From IMG/VR virus record IMGVR_UViG_3300047316_000404, positions 1 to 54,000 of that record: a DNA stretch of 54,000 nucleotides. One strand, given 5' to 3'. The notes under the pieces are model-generated. The model searched no databases. It saw only the letters and a program-made list of their open reading frames with translations, and was not told the DNA's origin. This stretch comes from a virus (taxonomy: Duplodnaviria; Caudoviricetes). Below are positions 1-9,549 of this stretch, piece after piece. The translations under genes were made by a program, and so were the position numbers. The stretch's first letter is position 1. Each line of letters starts with the position of its first letter.

Positions 1-320
1 AGATTTCCTTCTCCGCAGTTGTAGCAGAAGGAGACGAGGGCGTCGAACTGCCATGGCTCGAGAGGCACTTTGACAAGTTTACGTACAGCTCGCTCAAACG
101 TCCCCATGTCTTCCAGAAACGCTTGATCGCACTCTTCCATCGTCCATCGAGAGTCGGCATTGAACTCTCTCCCGTGATGATGAGTATGGCCCCAACAAAT
201 CGTGAGAACTCCAGCAGGGCAATGGTACGGTTGATAATAATCGCCAACTTTCTTCAAACAGCCTTCGTAGTGCTTGATTAAATTAGCACCCGCAGAACTC
301 AGGCTGCGATCCTCGTTCAT
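1..320 (-). CDS. Phage lysozyme/endolysin, GH24 family (runs off the window edge)
   Basis: Manual translation: MNEDRSLSSAGANLIKHYEGC...YHCPAGVLTICWGHT...PWQFDALVSFCYNCG, with the GH24 motifs EG, TIxWGHT and QFDALVSFxYNxG. Confidence 0.9.
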   Translation of the reverse strand, partial: MNEDRSLSSAGANLIKHYEGCLKKVGDYYQPYHCPAGVLTICWGHTHHHGREFNADSRWTMEECDQAFLEDMGTFERAVRKLVKVPLEPWQFDALVSFCYNCGEGN

Positions 321-592
321 GGATTGATATTCAGCCTCTTGGTCATCACGTCAACGATCCTGTCGATGCTTCCCTTGTTAGCCTTGGTCTGACTCTCCAA
401 TACCGTCAACCGGCTATCGACCGTCACCAAGTGCGGCGAACCGCGAATCTCCAGCGTGCTCACCCGCGCCTCGAGCTCGACCATGTAGGCAGTCATCGAC
501 AATACCGCCGCACCGATCGCCACGCCCTGCGCCACCAGGAAGTAGACCAGCGCCTGGTTATCCGCGAACCATGAGCGGACGCTCGTCATCAT
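317..592 (-). CDS. Small membrane protein, holin candidate
   Basis: One N-terminal hydrophobic helix followed by a coiled-coil; overlaps the lysozyme start. Confidence 0.55.
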   Translation of the reverse strand: MMTSVRSWFADNQALVYFLVAQGVAIGAAVLSMTAYMVELEARVSTLEIRGSPHLVTVDSRLTVLESQTKANKGSIDRIVDVMTKRLNINP

Positions 593-595
593 GGC

Positions 596-757
596 TCACT
601 TCTTGCGCCCCATCTTGGCCTGGCCGCGCTTGTCCTCGGCCTTGTCCTGTGCGGAAGTCTCGTAGTCCTTGAGCGACATGCCCTTGCGCTTGGCGCCGCG
701 CTTGTCCTCGGCCAGGTCTTCCTTACTACCTTCATACGACTTGCGTTTTCCGGCCAT
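596..757 (-). CDS. Small basic hypothetical protein
   Basis: MAGKRKSYEGSKED..., GGAG ribosome-binding site upstream, internal AEDKRG duplication. Confidence 0.6.
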   Translation of the reverse strand: MAGKRKSYEGSKEDLAEDKRGAKRKGMSLKDYETSAQDKAEDKRGQAKMGRKK

Positions 758-1427
758 CGGCATGCTCCGTTGCCCGATAGTTAAAAAACATGGACGCATC
801 ATGATTGCAGGGACCATACCACTGAATTGGTAGTTCCGGATAGCGCGCTTCGACCCGCGCCAGGGTATTAATTTCCCAACTCAGGTTACCTGTCTCCCGC
901 AGATGGCGCTTGCACTCGTCCCTCATCACAGCGGCGAGCGCGGCGGCGTGCTCGTGCGGCACGACCAGGAGGCCCCCGCAGAACCGCCAGCACGGGTAGC
1001 GATCGTCGTATTGGTAGTTCCTCTCCCAGCAGCCCGGGATGGCGATGGCTTCTTCGGCCTCGGCGCGGGCCATGAAATCTTCGATCACGCCGGCGGTCAT
1101 TCCCGGCAGGTGGAAGATGGCGAGATCGATCCAGACGATGACGTCGGCGCCGGGAACCAGATCGGCGGCGTCCGCGATGAGCTCGGACTTCTCCGCCTGT
1201 ACGATGTGGTAGGCGAGCGAGTTCTTGGCCGGGTTGTCGGCGGTCGAGTGGGTCACCGGCCCGTGCCGTTGCAGATGCCGGTAGAGCCAGCACGCCTCGA
1301 GCGCGGTGTCGAGGCGCAGCAACTTGATGTCGGCTGCGGCTAGTTGCGCGCCGAACCTTTCGTAGTCCCGCGCCGGGCGGGGATGGCCGGGGATTGGGAT
1401 AAAGCCGGTGACGGCCAGCACGCTCAT
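732..1427 (-). CDS. Putative glycosyltransferase (HtrL/YibB-like)
   Basis: N-terminal VTGF strand, VWIDLAIFH and WRFCGG motifs; coupled to the upstream GT2 gene. Confidence 0.6.
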   Translation of the reverse strand: MSVLAVTGFIPIPGHPRPARDYERFGAQLAAADIKLLRLDTALEACWLYRHLQRHGPVTHSTADNPAKNSLAYHIVQAEKSELIADAADLVPGADVIVWIDLAIFHLPGMTAGVIEDFMARAEAEEAIAIPGCWERNYQYDDRYPCWRFCGGLLVVPHEHAAALAAVMRDECKRHLRETGNLSWEINTLARVEARYPELPIQWYGPCNHDASMFFNYRATEHADGRKTQVV

Positions 1428-3388
1428 CGCGGCTTCTCGATGAACGCCAGCACGTCGTCGAGACCCATCCTCGCCACCCACGCCTCGCAATCCCGCACGC
1501 CGTAGCTTGCCATCAACTGCCTCCGCTCGGGAAAATACGCCAGGCCGGCCGCGAATTCGATCTGCTTGTCATGGAAATAGAACGGCATGGACATGCCGGT
1601 AACGGCGCCATCAGGCGCATAGCGCACGAACCTGTGGGCATAATAGCGGTTCGGCCGCCCTGGGATCGTGCGCGCCTCGTGTACCAGCGATAAGTACACA
1701 CCGTTAGCTTCTATAACCTGCGAGCCGCCGCTGATCGCCCTGGCGTCAAAACCGGAATCACTTTCGAAAACCACATTACCGTCGTCGTCGACCAAGGTCC
1801 CCTGCCGGTAGACGAACCGCAACTCGTCATTCTTCACCCATGGCTGCCAGTTTTTCTCGTGGTAGCGCTTCTTGGGCAAAATCCGCATCCAAGGCAGGCC
1901 GCGCGCATTGAGCGGGACCAGGATTTGCTCGCACCAGCCTTCCGCGTTGAGCTCGCGCACGTTCGAGATCGTCCACAGGGCGCCCTGCCATTCGAACAAC
2001 CGGCTATCTTCCAGACCGCGTACCGGATGAAACTTCGGTTCCGGCCAATTCTCCGGCAATGGCAGTTCGTCTACCTCGAGGATGTCCAAAGCATCGGATA
2101 AATGCACCAGATAATTGCGGGTATTGATAGGATTGACAAACCAATCAGGACTGCAAGTACCATCCTTACCCCGGATCGCATACACCCCCTCCGGCGTGAT
2201 CGTGTAATTGACAGTACGTAAAACAAGGACAGGCCTTCCTTGATAGTTGATGACCGACGGGTTGGTGGCGGCCCAGCCGTCGTCTAGATCAAATTTCAAC
2301 CATGTAGGCTTGAATGAAGGGACGTGCTCCGGCAGCGGGCGCAGATACCAGAACAGGTTGTTGCGCGCCTGCTCGCTGCCCTCGAGTGCCAGATCGTTGC
2401 AGACCTGCGCGCCGCGGTCGCGGGTTTTACCGCCTGCGTAATACGCACAGATGGAGAACTCCTCGCGCAGACCAGATTTGTAGACGAAGTCGTTGACGAA
2501 GAGCATGTCGTCGGGCTTCTTTATCTGCATGCCCGCTTGTGAGAACAAAAGACTTGCGTGATTGTCACTGCGTTCCCTAAAAAATCTAGCTGCGTCATAC
2601 AGCACTTCAGCCCGCGTTGGGCGCATCTTGTAGGCCTGCAAAATCTCCCAGACAAACTCCGCATCACGGCCCAAGTTGCCGATTGCGTGAGCGTAATGAA
2701 GTTGCGCATTCCACTGCTCTTCATCAAACCCACCAAGCCCGACCCTTATCTTGTAGTGCTCAGCAGCTATTTCCCAATTCTTAGAGTCAAAGTATGATTG
2801 CGCCAAGTAGAAGTGGTATCTTTCCACAAGACCAGGACGCATCTCGGTTTTAAGTGCCTCTTCAAGCAACGCTATATCACGCTGAAACTTTTCCGGCCTG
2901 TTGGCACCATCGGCGTGGTCAATGAAAAACACAGTATCTATCCTGCCAGACGACGCAACATCGAGATATTCGTGCGTGACTCCGCAAAATTCACCTGTCG
3001 CTTCGCAGCTGACAAAACGACGGTTATAATAATCTAGGCTTCCAGCCCGCTGCCGCACATCGTAAGACAGACCACCATTCAACCGTAGCGGCTCTTGAAC
3101 CACCAATTCCATGTCCGCGTCGGCCAATAGCAACCACTCCCATGGCAGTTGACTACGTCGCGCCAACTGTAGCGCAGCATTCCTAGCCTGGGAAAAGTTC
3201 TCGAACGATACACGCTGCAGTTCAAGCGGCTTACCTGCATCTGCGAACAACTTTTCAAGTATCTCGACCGTGTTATCCTTGGACCCGGTATCTACAATAA
3301 TAGCCCCATCTATGTGCGGCATGAGACTGCGCACACATCTTTCGATGATCCGACTTTCGTCCTTAACGATTGCGTTCCACATCAACAT
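1424..3388 (-). CDS. GT2 glycosyltransferase with TPR region and C-terminal beta-propeller/glycosidase-like domain
   Basis: IVKDE, VDTGSKDNT, DADM (DxD), GVTHEY, FYLAQSY TPR, then NPSV/GLEDSRLF/EKNW/IEFAAGL/SYGVRD propeller-type motifs. Confidence 0.85.
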   Translation of the reverse strand: MLMWNAIVKDESRIIERCVRSLMPHIDGAIIVDTGSKDNTVEILEKLFADAGKPLELQRVSFENFSQARNAALQLARRSQLPWEWLLLADADMELVVQEPLRLNGGLSYDVRQRAGSLDYYNRRFVSCEATGEFCGVTHEYLDVASSGRIDTVFFIDHADGANRPEKFQRDIALLEEALKTEMRPGLVERYHFYLAQSYFDSKNWEIAAEHYKIRVGLGGFDEEQWNAQLHYAHAIGNLGRDAEFVWEILQAYKMRPTRAEVLYDAARFFRERSDNHASLLFSQAGMQIKKPDDMLFVNDFVYKSGLREEFSICAYYAGGKTRDRGAQVCNDLALEGSEQARNNLFWYLRPLPEHVPSFKPTWLKFDLDDGWAATNPSVINYQGRPVLVLRTVNYTITPEGVYAIRGKDGTCSPDWFVNPINTRNYLVHLSDALDILEVDELPLPENWPEPKFHPVRGLEDSRLFEWQGALWTISNVRELNAEGWCEQILVPLNARGLPWMRILPKKRYHEKNWQPWVKNDELRFVYRQGTLVDDDGNVVFESDSGFDARAISGGSQVIEANGVYLSLVHEARTIPGRPNRYYAHRFVRYAPDGAVTGMSMPFYFHDKQIEFAAGLAYFPERRQLMASYGVRDCEAWVARMGLDDVLAFIEKPR

Positions 3389-3469
3389 CGCATAACCTAT
3401 ATTAGACGGGCTGAACGGTGCTTGTAACACCGCCCAGCCCTAACCACCAGCCGAGAAGGGACCTCGACC

Positions 3470-4171
3470 ATGGCTAAACTAAAGTACGCTGACTGGCCTG
3501 AAGAACGCAAGGCGCGCCAACGCGAAGCAATCAAGCAATGGAAAATAAAAAATGTAGAACTCGTAAACGAAACCGCTAGAAAAGCCTATGCTAAATGGCG
3601 AGAAACCAACCCTGCGCGCATAAAATTTACGGACGAAGAACTTAAAGCGCGCAAGCGCGAGCAAAATAAAAAATACAAAGAAGCTAACAAAGCGCGCAAC
3701 AAAAAATGGTATTACGCCAATCGCGAACGTGAAAGAGCGCGTAAAAAAGCCTGGCGACTTGCAAATCCTGAAACTTATAAGAAACGCGCTAAAGAAAGGT
3801 CTGCTGAATACAGACTTAGACATCCAGGGCGAGCTAAAGAAGCAACCGCGAAGTACCGCGCGAAACATGCTGAACACGTAAAAAAGTTGATGCATACGCA
3901 CCACATCCAACGTATGTACAAACTAAATGCCACTGACTACGCTGCCATGGTAACAGCGCAAAACAATCGCTGCGCCATATGCAACACAGACAAACCCGGA
4001 AGAAAAAACGGGCATCACTGGTACATAGACCACTGCCACAAGACCAACGCCGTACGGCAGCTTCTGTGCCACCATTGCAACCTTGGTCTTGGGTACTTCA
4101 GAGACAATCCAGCATTTCTACAGCAGGCTGCGGACTATCTGAAGCGTTTCACGCGTGCTTGCGATGCTTGA
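3470..4171 (+). CDS. Endonuclease VII-family homing endonuclease
   Basis: QNNRCAIC...IDHCHKTNAVRQLLCHHCNLGLG; AT-rich and antisense to the surrounding operon. Confidence 0.9.
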   Translation: MAKLKYADWPEERKARQREAIKQWKIKNVELVNETARKAYAKWRETNPARIKFTDEELKARKREQNKKYKEANKARNKKWYYANRERERARKKAWRLANPETYKKRAKERSAEYRLRHPGRAKEATAKYRAKHAEHVKKLMHTHHIQRMYKLNATDYAAMVTAQNNRCAICNTDKPGRKNGHHWYIDHCHKTNAVRQLLCHHCNLGLGYFRDNPAFLQQAADYLKRFTRACDA

Positions 4172-4505
4172 CGATCGCGTCGATGATGTCGCCCTTGTTC
4201 CAATGCTCACTGACTTCGGCACCCTCGCTGGCAGCCACGCTCAGCAGCTCCTCCTTGGTCATGTCGTTGAGCTGCGCCTTGGTCGACCTGGTTTCACCCA
4301 CACCGAATACGCCGCCGGTGGCACCGGTCACGCCCTCGCCGGCGGTGCCGGGCAGCTCGGTGACGGTCAAAACGTCGATCTCGTCGCCCGGAGTAGCGGT
4401 GGCGTTGGCCACGACCTGATGAACGGCATCCTCGCGGTGCAGCGCCTCGATGGTCTCGACGGTGGCGGCGTGGGTAACACGGGATTTGACTTCATAGGAA
4501 GGCAT
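4149..4505 (-). CDS. Hypothetical protein with C-terminal Rho-N/HeH-like motif
   Basis: LNDMTKEELLSVA...NKGDIIDAI. Confidence 0.6.
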   Translation of the reverse strand: MPSYEVKSRVTHAATVETIEALHREDAVHQVVANATATPGDEIDVLTVTELPGTAGEGVTGATGGVFGVGETRSTKAQLNDMTKEELLSVAASEGAEVSEHWNKGDIIDAIVKHRKHA

Positions 4506-4547
4506 CGGACGTACTCCTCTCTGGTTGAACTTTTACCACGGAATTTG

Positions 4548-6863
4548 CTACCCCGGACCACCACCGATTACAGGAGGTGGCGCAGCTGGATTTATCGGCG
4601 CCCTCTGATTCCCCAGTAAATTAACCGACTGAACGGGGGCATGGCTCAATGGCGAGGGCTGGTTTCCTTGCGCCTGGGCGGCCATCTGGGCCATGGAGGC
4701 GCCCGGAGCGCCAGACCCGGGAGCGCCGAGAGGACCCAAAGGCGCGCCACCGGTCAGAGCTGGAAGGATGCCGCGCTGGCCGGCCGGGACACCGGCTTGG
4801 CTCGCCAGCAGGCCGGCGGTTAAGTCGGAGGCGATTTTCTGGACGCCCATTTGCACGCCTTGCTGCACGCCTTGTTCGACCTTCTGGGCGAGGGCCTGCT
4901 GCTCGCCGCCGCCTTGTTGCGCCTGCTGCTGCTTTTCGAGATCGTCGTCGGACGGTACGATTTCGTCACCATCCAATCCGATCGTCTTTGACACGCTTCT
5001 AAGAACCGCGCCGCGGCCTTTAATTCCGATGATATTTTGATCTATCGGATTCGCCGTGCTCTGGAGGAACTCCAACTGTCGTTGCCGTTGCGTTTCTCGC
5101 TGAATTGCTACACCCACTCCCTGGACAAAAATATTTTCTTCACCGCTCAAAAGCCCGGTTGTATCCGACAACAACACCAGATCAAATAGTTGCTGCAATG
5201 CTCCTTCGAATATCTCGCGGTCTACGTTAGAAGCGACGGTCTGGAGAATCTTTGCCGCGTTGTTCATGAGAAGACTCAATCCGGATGCGGTGCGGCCGGC
5301 GCCGCCGGAGGCCTGGCCGCCGATGTATTTCGGGATGGCGGAGACGTCGTCGGACAGATCGAGGAAGGCCTTGAACACGGTCAGCAGGTCCTGCGCGTTC
5401 GACTGTGGCTGGAAGAATTCCACTGGCGGCTTGGCATTGTTGCCGACCGGGTCGGAGGAGGCGTGCCAGCGTTTCCAGGGGTAGAGATCGTCGGTGTTCT
5501 CCTCGGGCCGCACGCGATCGTCGTTGATGACGACCTGCGGGCCTGAGCTGATCGAGAGATTGTTGACCAGGCTGCGCAGCGTTGCGTTGGCAACGTCTTG
5601 TAGATCGGCGATCATGTCGACGAGGCCGTTGCCGACGGGGGTGCCGGGGACTTTCTCGAAGCTGGTCATGTAATAGGAATGTCTTGCTCGCGGCGAGGGG
5701 GAGAGGTTGGCCTTGATGATGTGGCTGCCGATGACGTAGGCGTCGATGTGGTAGTCGCGCAGTTCGTCGGCGACGCCCGGCATGCCGTAGTCTTGCAGGA
5801 GGCGGCCCTGGACGTTGCCGTGGAACTCCATTTGGTTGATGAGGCCGGAGCGGTTCCATGCCGGGTTCTCGCGGCTTTCGAGGACCGAGCGTTCGGCGTC
5901 GGTGGTGTCCCAGTTGTCGTAGAGGCCGCCGCGGCCGTATTCGTCGAGGACGGCACGGACCTCGGCCTGGTCGAAGCCGGGCAGGTCGAGGAGGTCGTTG
6001 AGCTCGGCGCGTGTCAGGCGGGATTTTTCGATGACGTTGGCGTTGGCGATGTCCGCCACGCCCGGCGTAAACCAGATATCGAAGGGGGATATCCGGCTCC
6101 ACACCATCTTCGGGATCTGGCGCACCAGCGGCTGGCCGTTGTTCCACTTGACCTCGGGCATGATCTTGACGGTGGGGCCCTTGATGCAGGCGAACGGGAA
6201 GATGGGGAGATCGACCAGGAATTCCGCCAGGGCCGTATAAAAATGGCCTTCCCTCAAGATCTCATCGATCCTGTCCTCGGCGACCTGGGCCTGGTCGGCG
6301 GCTTTCTTCTTGGCGGCGTCGGAGGCCGACGCCATGAGGGCGGCGCGGCGCATCTGGACGTCCTGCGGGGAAGGGGCCTGACCCATCGTCTGCATGATCA
6401 TCTGCTGCTCGTGGGCCATGAGCGCATCGATCTTCTGGACGATATCGGGCGGGACGTCGGGATCGGCGGGCGGGCGGATCGACCAGGGCCGGTCGGAGCC
6501 GAGATAAATATCGCGCAGGAGGGAGGAGGCGGCGCGGCACTTCTGGGCGGACAGGCGGGCGTAGACTTCCGAGCCGCCAAACTTCTTGACCTCCTGGAAT
6601 TTGGTTGGGGAATACTGGCCGTTGAAGGTGCGCAGAGCCTCGAGCAGGCGATTGGACCAGCCGGCGGCGGTATTGCGGTGATTGCGGAAGATTTCGAACT
6701 GGCCGCGGATGAATCCGGCGAGCTGCGGCGGCGCTGGTTCTGGCGGGGCATTAGCCTGGGCTTTGGCCAATTGTTGCTGCTGGAGATGCGCCTCCAGCGC
6801 GGCCGGAGGAACGACCTGCAGGACGCCTTGCTGGCCGAGTGGGTTGGTTGCCATGCGGGCCAT
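4548..6863 (-). CDS. Portal protein (podovirus/P22-like)
   Basis: 771 aa next to the terminase; RISPFDIW, GNGLVDMIADLQ, RTASGLSLLM motifs and Q-rich C-terminus. Confidence 0.85.
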   Translation of the reverse strand: MARMATNPLGQQGVLQVVPPAALEAHLQQQQLAKAQANAPPEPAPPQLAGFIRGQFEIFRNHRNTAAGWSNRLLEALRTFNGQYSPTKFQEVKKFGGSEVYARLSAQKCRAASSLLRDIYLGSDRPWSIRPPADPDVPPDIVQKIDALMAHEQQMIMQTMGQAPSPQDVQMRRAALMASASDAAKKKAADQAQVAEDRIDEILREGHFYTALAEFLVDLPIFPFACIKGPTVKIMPEVKWNNGQPLVRQIPKMVWSRISPFDIWFTPGVADIANANVIEKSRLTRAELNDLLDLPGFDQAEVRAVLDEYGRGGLYDNWDTTDAERSVLESRENPAWNRSGLINQMEFHGNVQGRLLQDYGMPGVADELRDYHIDAYVIGSHIIKANLSPSPRARHSYYMTSFEKVPGTPVGNGLVDMIADLQDVANATLRSLVNNLSISSGPQVVINDDRVRPEENTDDLYPWKRWHASSDPVGNNAKPPVEFFQPQSNAQDLLTVFKAFLDLSDDVSAIPKYIGGQASGGAGRTASGLSLLMNNAAKILQTVASNVDREIFEGALQQLFDLVLLSDTTGLLSGEENIFVQGVGVAIQRETQRQRQLEFLQSTANPIDQNIIGIKGRGAVLRSVSKTIGLDGDEIVPSDDDLEKQQQAQQGGGEQQALAQKVEQGVQQGVQMGVQKIASDLTAGLLASQAGVPAGQRGILPALTGGAPLGPLGAPGSGAPGASMAQMAAQAQGNQPSPLSHAPVQSVNLLGNQRAPINPAAPPPVIGGGPG

Positions 6864-6900
6864 GCTACCCTACTGGCGGGAAATGTTATAGGGTGCGCGG

Positions 6901-7470
6901 ATGTCCGAGCCCACTGAGCCGCCCGATCAAAATTTAGATGAAGTTGCCATAGCGAAGCTCGCCCGCGAGATGGCGATGGCGATCCGCAGTTATACGGTTA
7001 TTTTCGCGGATTTCGGCATCAGCGAGCCGGACTTCTACGAGATATCCAAGCTGCCGTTCTACAAGCGCGCGTTCGAGCAGTTCACGCTGGAATGGAATTC
7101 GGCGCTGTCGACCAACGAGCGGGTCAAGCTGATCAGCGCGGCCTATCTGGAGCAGGCGCTGCCGCGGCTGGGCGGACGGATGATGAGCGACGAGTCGCTG
7201 TCGGCGGCGACCGAGGTGGCCAAACTGTTCTCGCGCAACGCGGGGCTGGGGGGCGATCCCAAGGAGGCCAAGAGCAACGAAAGATTTGTCATTACGATAA
7301 ACCTGGGCGAGGACGGCGAGGGCAAGCCGGTGGTCGAGAAGTACGACAAGCCGATCGAGAGGATGGGCCCCAAGGACATCGACCTGATTGCCGCCGAGCC
7401 TGCCGCCGAGGTGGTCGTGAAGCGCGGGCCCGGGCGACCGCGGAAAACACCGAGGCAGGAGGAGGACTAG
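6901..7470 (+). CDS. Putative terminase small subunit
   Basis: Upstream of terL; helical, with FVITINLG C-terminal strand and an AT-hook-like RGPGRPRK. Confidence 0.55.
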   Translation: MSEPTEPPDQNLDEVAIAKLAREMAMAIRSYTVIFADFGISEPDFYEISKLPFYKRAFEQFTLEWNSALSTNERVKLISAAYLEQALPRLGGRMMSDESLSAATEVAKLFSRNAGLGGDPKEAKSNERFVITINLGEDGEGKPVVEKYDKPIERMGPKDIDLIAAEPAAEVVVKRGPGRPRKTPRQEED

Positions 7471-7698
7471 ATGGCCAAGCTATCGAGCGGGCAGCGCAAG
7501 CGGCTGCCGTCGTCGGCGTTTGCATTGCCTGGCAAAGGGGAGGGCCCGCAGGGTAAGGGCAGCGGCAGCTACCCGGTGCCCGACAAAAATCACGCCAGAC
7601 TAGCCTTGGCGATGGTCAGCAAGCACGGCTCGAGCGCGGAGAAGGCCAAGGTGCGGGCCAAGGTGAAGGCCAAGTTTCCCGGCATCGGCAAGGACTAG
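7471..7698 (+). CDS. Small basic phage protein (DUF6582-like)
   Basis: RKRLPSSAFALP...YPVPDKNHARLAL motif; strong GGAGG ribosome-binding site. Confidence 0.65.
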   Translation: MAKLSSGQRKRLPSSAFALPGKGEGPQGKGSGSYPVPDKNHARLALAMVSKHGSSAEKAKVRAKVKAKFPGIGKD

Positions 7699-7700
7699 CT

Positions 7701-8045
7701 GTGGCGAAGGCAGAAAGCTTACACGCCCGGTTGGCCCGCGCGCTTGCCCGGCTTGCGGGTTTGTCCTTGCCGGAGGCCGACGCGTTGGCGGCGTTGGAGC
7801 GGGAGGCTGGCAAAATTCAGCATATGGACTGCAAGCCGCTGGTTGAGCCGCCACGTGGGTGGGTTGTCGAGAGCAGCGAGGTTTTGACGCTTGGGTACCT
7901 GAAGCCCCCCATGCACTTGTTCCGGGCTACGGTGCGCAAACCTGACGGGAGCCAGCTTTGCCAGCAGGAGATCGTTGAGCCGGCGGATGTAGAAACAAAG
8001 CAGTACTGGAGGCGCCTCTGGCGGGATTTTGATTCATGTCCCTGA
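7701..8045 (+). CDS. Hypothetical protein
   Basis: Fills the gap between 7698 and terL on the same strand. Confidence 0.45.
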   Translation: MAKAESLHARLARALARLAGLSLPEADALAALEREAGKIQHMDCKPLVEPPRGWVVESSEVLTLGYLKPPMHLFRATVRKPDGSQLCQQEIVEPADVETKQYWRRLWRDFDSCP

Positions 8046-8088
8046 CCTACACGGCGCCGCCGACGCTGGCGCGGTTATGCAGCATAGC

Positions 8089-9546
8089 ATGTCAATAGAA
8101 TATACGGCTCCTCCAACACTATCTAAGTTCATGAGGTCAAACGCCTTTTTCCGACTTGCGGCTGGGCCGGTCGGCAGTGGAAAGACGACCGCATGCATCA
8201 TTGAACTTCTACGCCGGTGCATGACACAGGCGAAAGCGCCAGACGGCATCCGCTATACACGGGTCGCCATAGTGAGACAGACGCTCCGTCAGTTGCGGGA
8301 CACAGTCTTACGCGACGCGCAAATGTGGCTCGCTGGCCTTGGGGAATGGAAGGTCAGTGAAAATACGTTTTATCTTGATTTCAGCGACGTGCGAAGCGAG
8401 TGGGTCTTCATCCCGCTAGAAGACGCCGCAGATCAAGCACGGCTGCTCAGCATGCAACTCTCCATGTGTTGGATCAGCGAGGCTATCGAGTGCAATTTTG
8501 ATATCGTAGCCCCAATCTCCGGACGCATCGGGCGCTATCCTTCCGGCAATCGCGGCACTCCGAGCTTCTATGGAATAATCGCGGACACCAACATGCCGCA
8601 GCTTCTGACAGATTGGCACAAGCTGATGGTTGATCCGCCGGCGGACTTTCAGATTTTCCGGCAGCCGTCGGGGATGGCGGACAATGCGGAAAACCTCAAC
8701 TACTTGGTGCAAAACGTCACGACCAGCAAACTGCCTATCAATCATCCCGATCGCATTGCGGAGGGGCGCAAATACTACGAAAGGTTCGTGCAGTTATATG
8801 GCAGCTCGCACGCTTGGGTTAAGCGGTATGTTTTTGCAGAGTTCGGAGATGACCCCAGCGGGGAGGCGGTCTTCAAGGAAACATTCAAGCCCTCGTTTCA
8901 TGTGGTGGACGATACTTTTTGCATACCAGGTTACAGCCTCCTCGTAGGAATCGACTTCGGACGCAATCCTTGGAGCCTGGTCTGCCAGGTCGATCATCAG
9001 GGGCGATTGCTGGTTCACGAGGAGATTCCGGCGGTCAATATCGGCCTGGAAAAACAGGTCGAGGAAAGAATACGGCCACGGCTGTTCAGCAACAAGTTTG
9101 CCGGCGCGAAGGTGATGATTGTTGGTGATCCGGCGGGTGTGGCCAAGGGAACTATTGCGGAAGAAACTAGCTTTGATGCCTTGAAACGCATGGGTTTGCC
9201 GGCTTTCCCGGCTCCCACCAATGACATTGACGCCCGGTTGCGCGCTGTGGAGACCATGCTTGGGCGGCAAACCAATGGCGGCCCATCGCTGGTGATCAAC
9301 GGACGCGGCTGCCCTATGCTGGTCCGCGCCATGAGCGGCGGCTATCGTTTCAAGCGCCACAAGGAAGGGAGCTTGCGGGCAATCCCGGAGAAGTTCGACG
9401 CCGAGGGGTACTCGCACGTAGTCGATTGCTTGCAATATGTGTGTTTGGTGGCCCAGAATAGAAACCTTGTGCAAGAATATGCCCGCCGATTGGTGCCACG
9501 GAAGCGGCCAGTCGAGCGGCACGTCACCGCGGCGGGATGGACCTGA
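8089..9546 (+). CDS. terL: Terminase large subunit
   Basis: Walker A GPVGSGKTT, Walker B-like CWISEA, nuclease motifs GIDFG and SHVVDCLQY; start could be 8029-8089. Confidence 0.92.
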   Translation: MSIEYTAPPTLSKFMRSNAFFRLAAGPVGSGKTTACIIELLRRCMTQAKAPDGIRYTRVAIVRQTLRQLRDTVLRDAQMWLAGLGEWKVSENTFYLDFSDVRSEWVFIPLEDAADQARLLSMQLSMCWISEAIECNFDIVAPISGRIGRYPSGNRGTPSFYGIIADTNMPQLLTDWHKLMVDPPADFQIFRQPSGMADNAENLNYLVQNVTTSKLPINHPDRIAEGRKYYERFVQLYGSSHAWVKRYVFAEFGDDPSGEAVFKETFKPSFHVVDDTFCIPGYSLLVGIDFGRNPWSLVCQVDHQGRLLVHEEIPAVNIGLEKQVEERIRPRLFSNKFAGAKVMIVGDPAGVAKGTIAEETSFDALKRMGLPAFPAPTNDIDARLRAVETMLGRQTNGGPSLVINGRGCPMLVRAMSGGYRFKRHKEGSLRAIPEKFDAEGYSHVVDCLQYVCLVAQNRNLVQEYARRLVPRKRPVERHVTAAGWT

Positions 9547-9549
9547 GCC

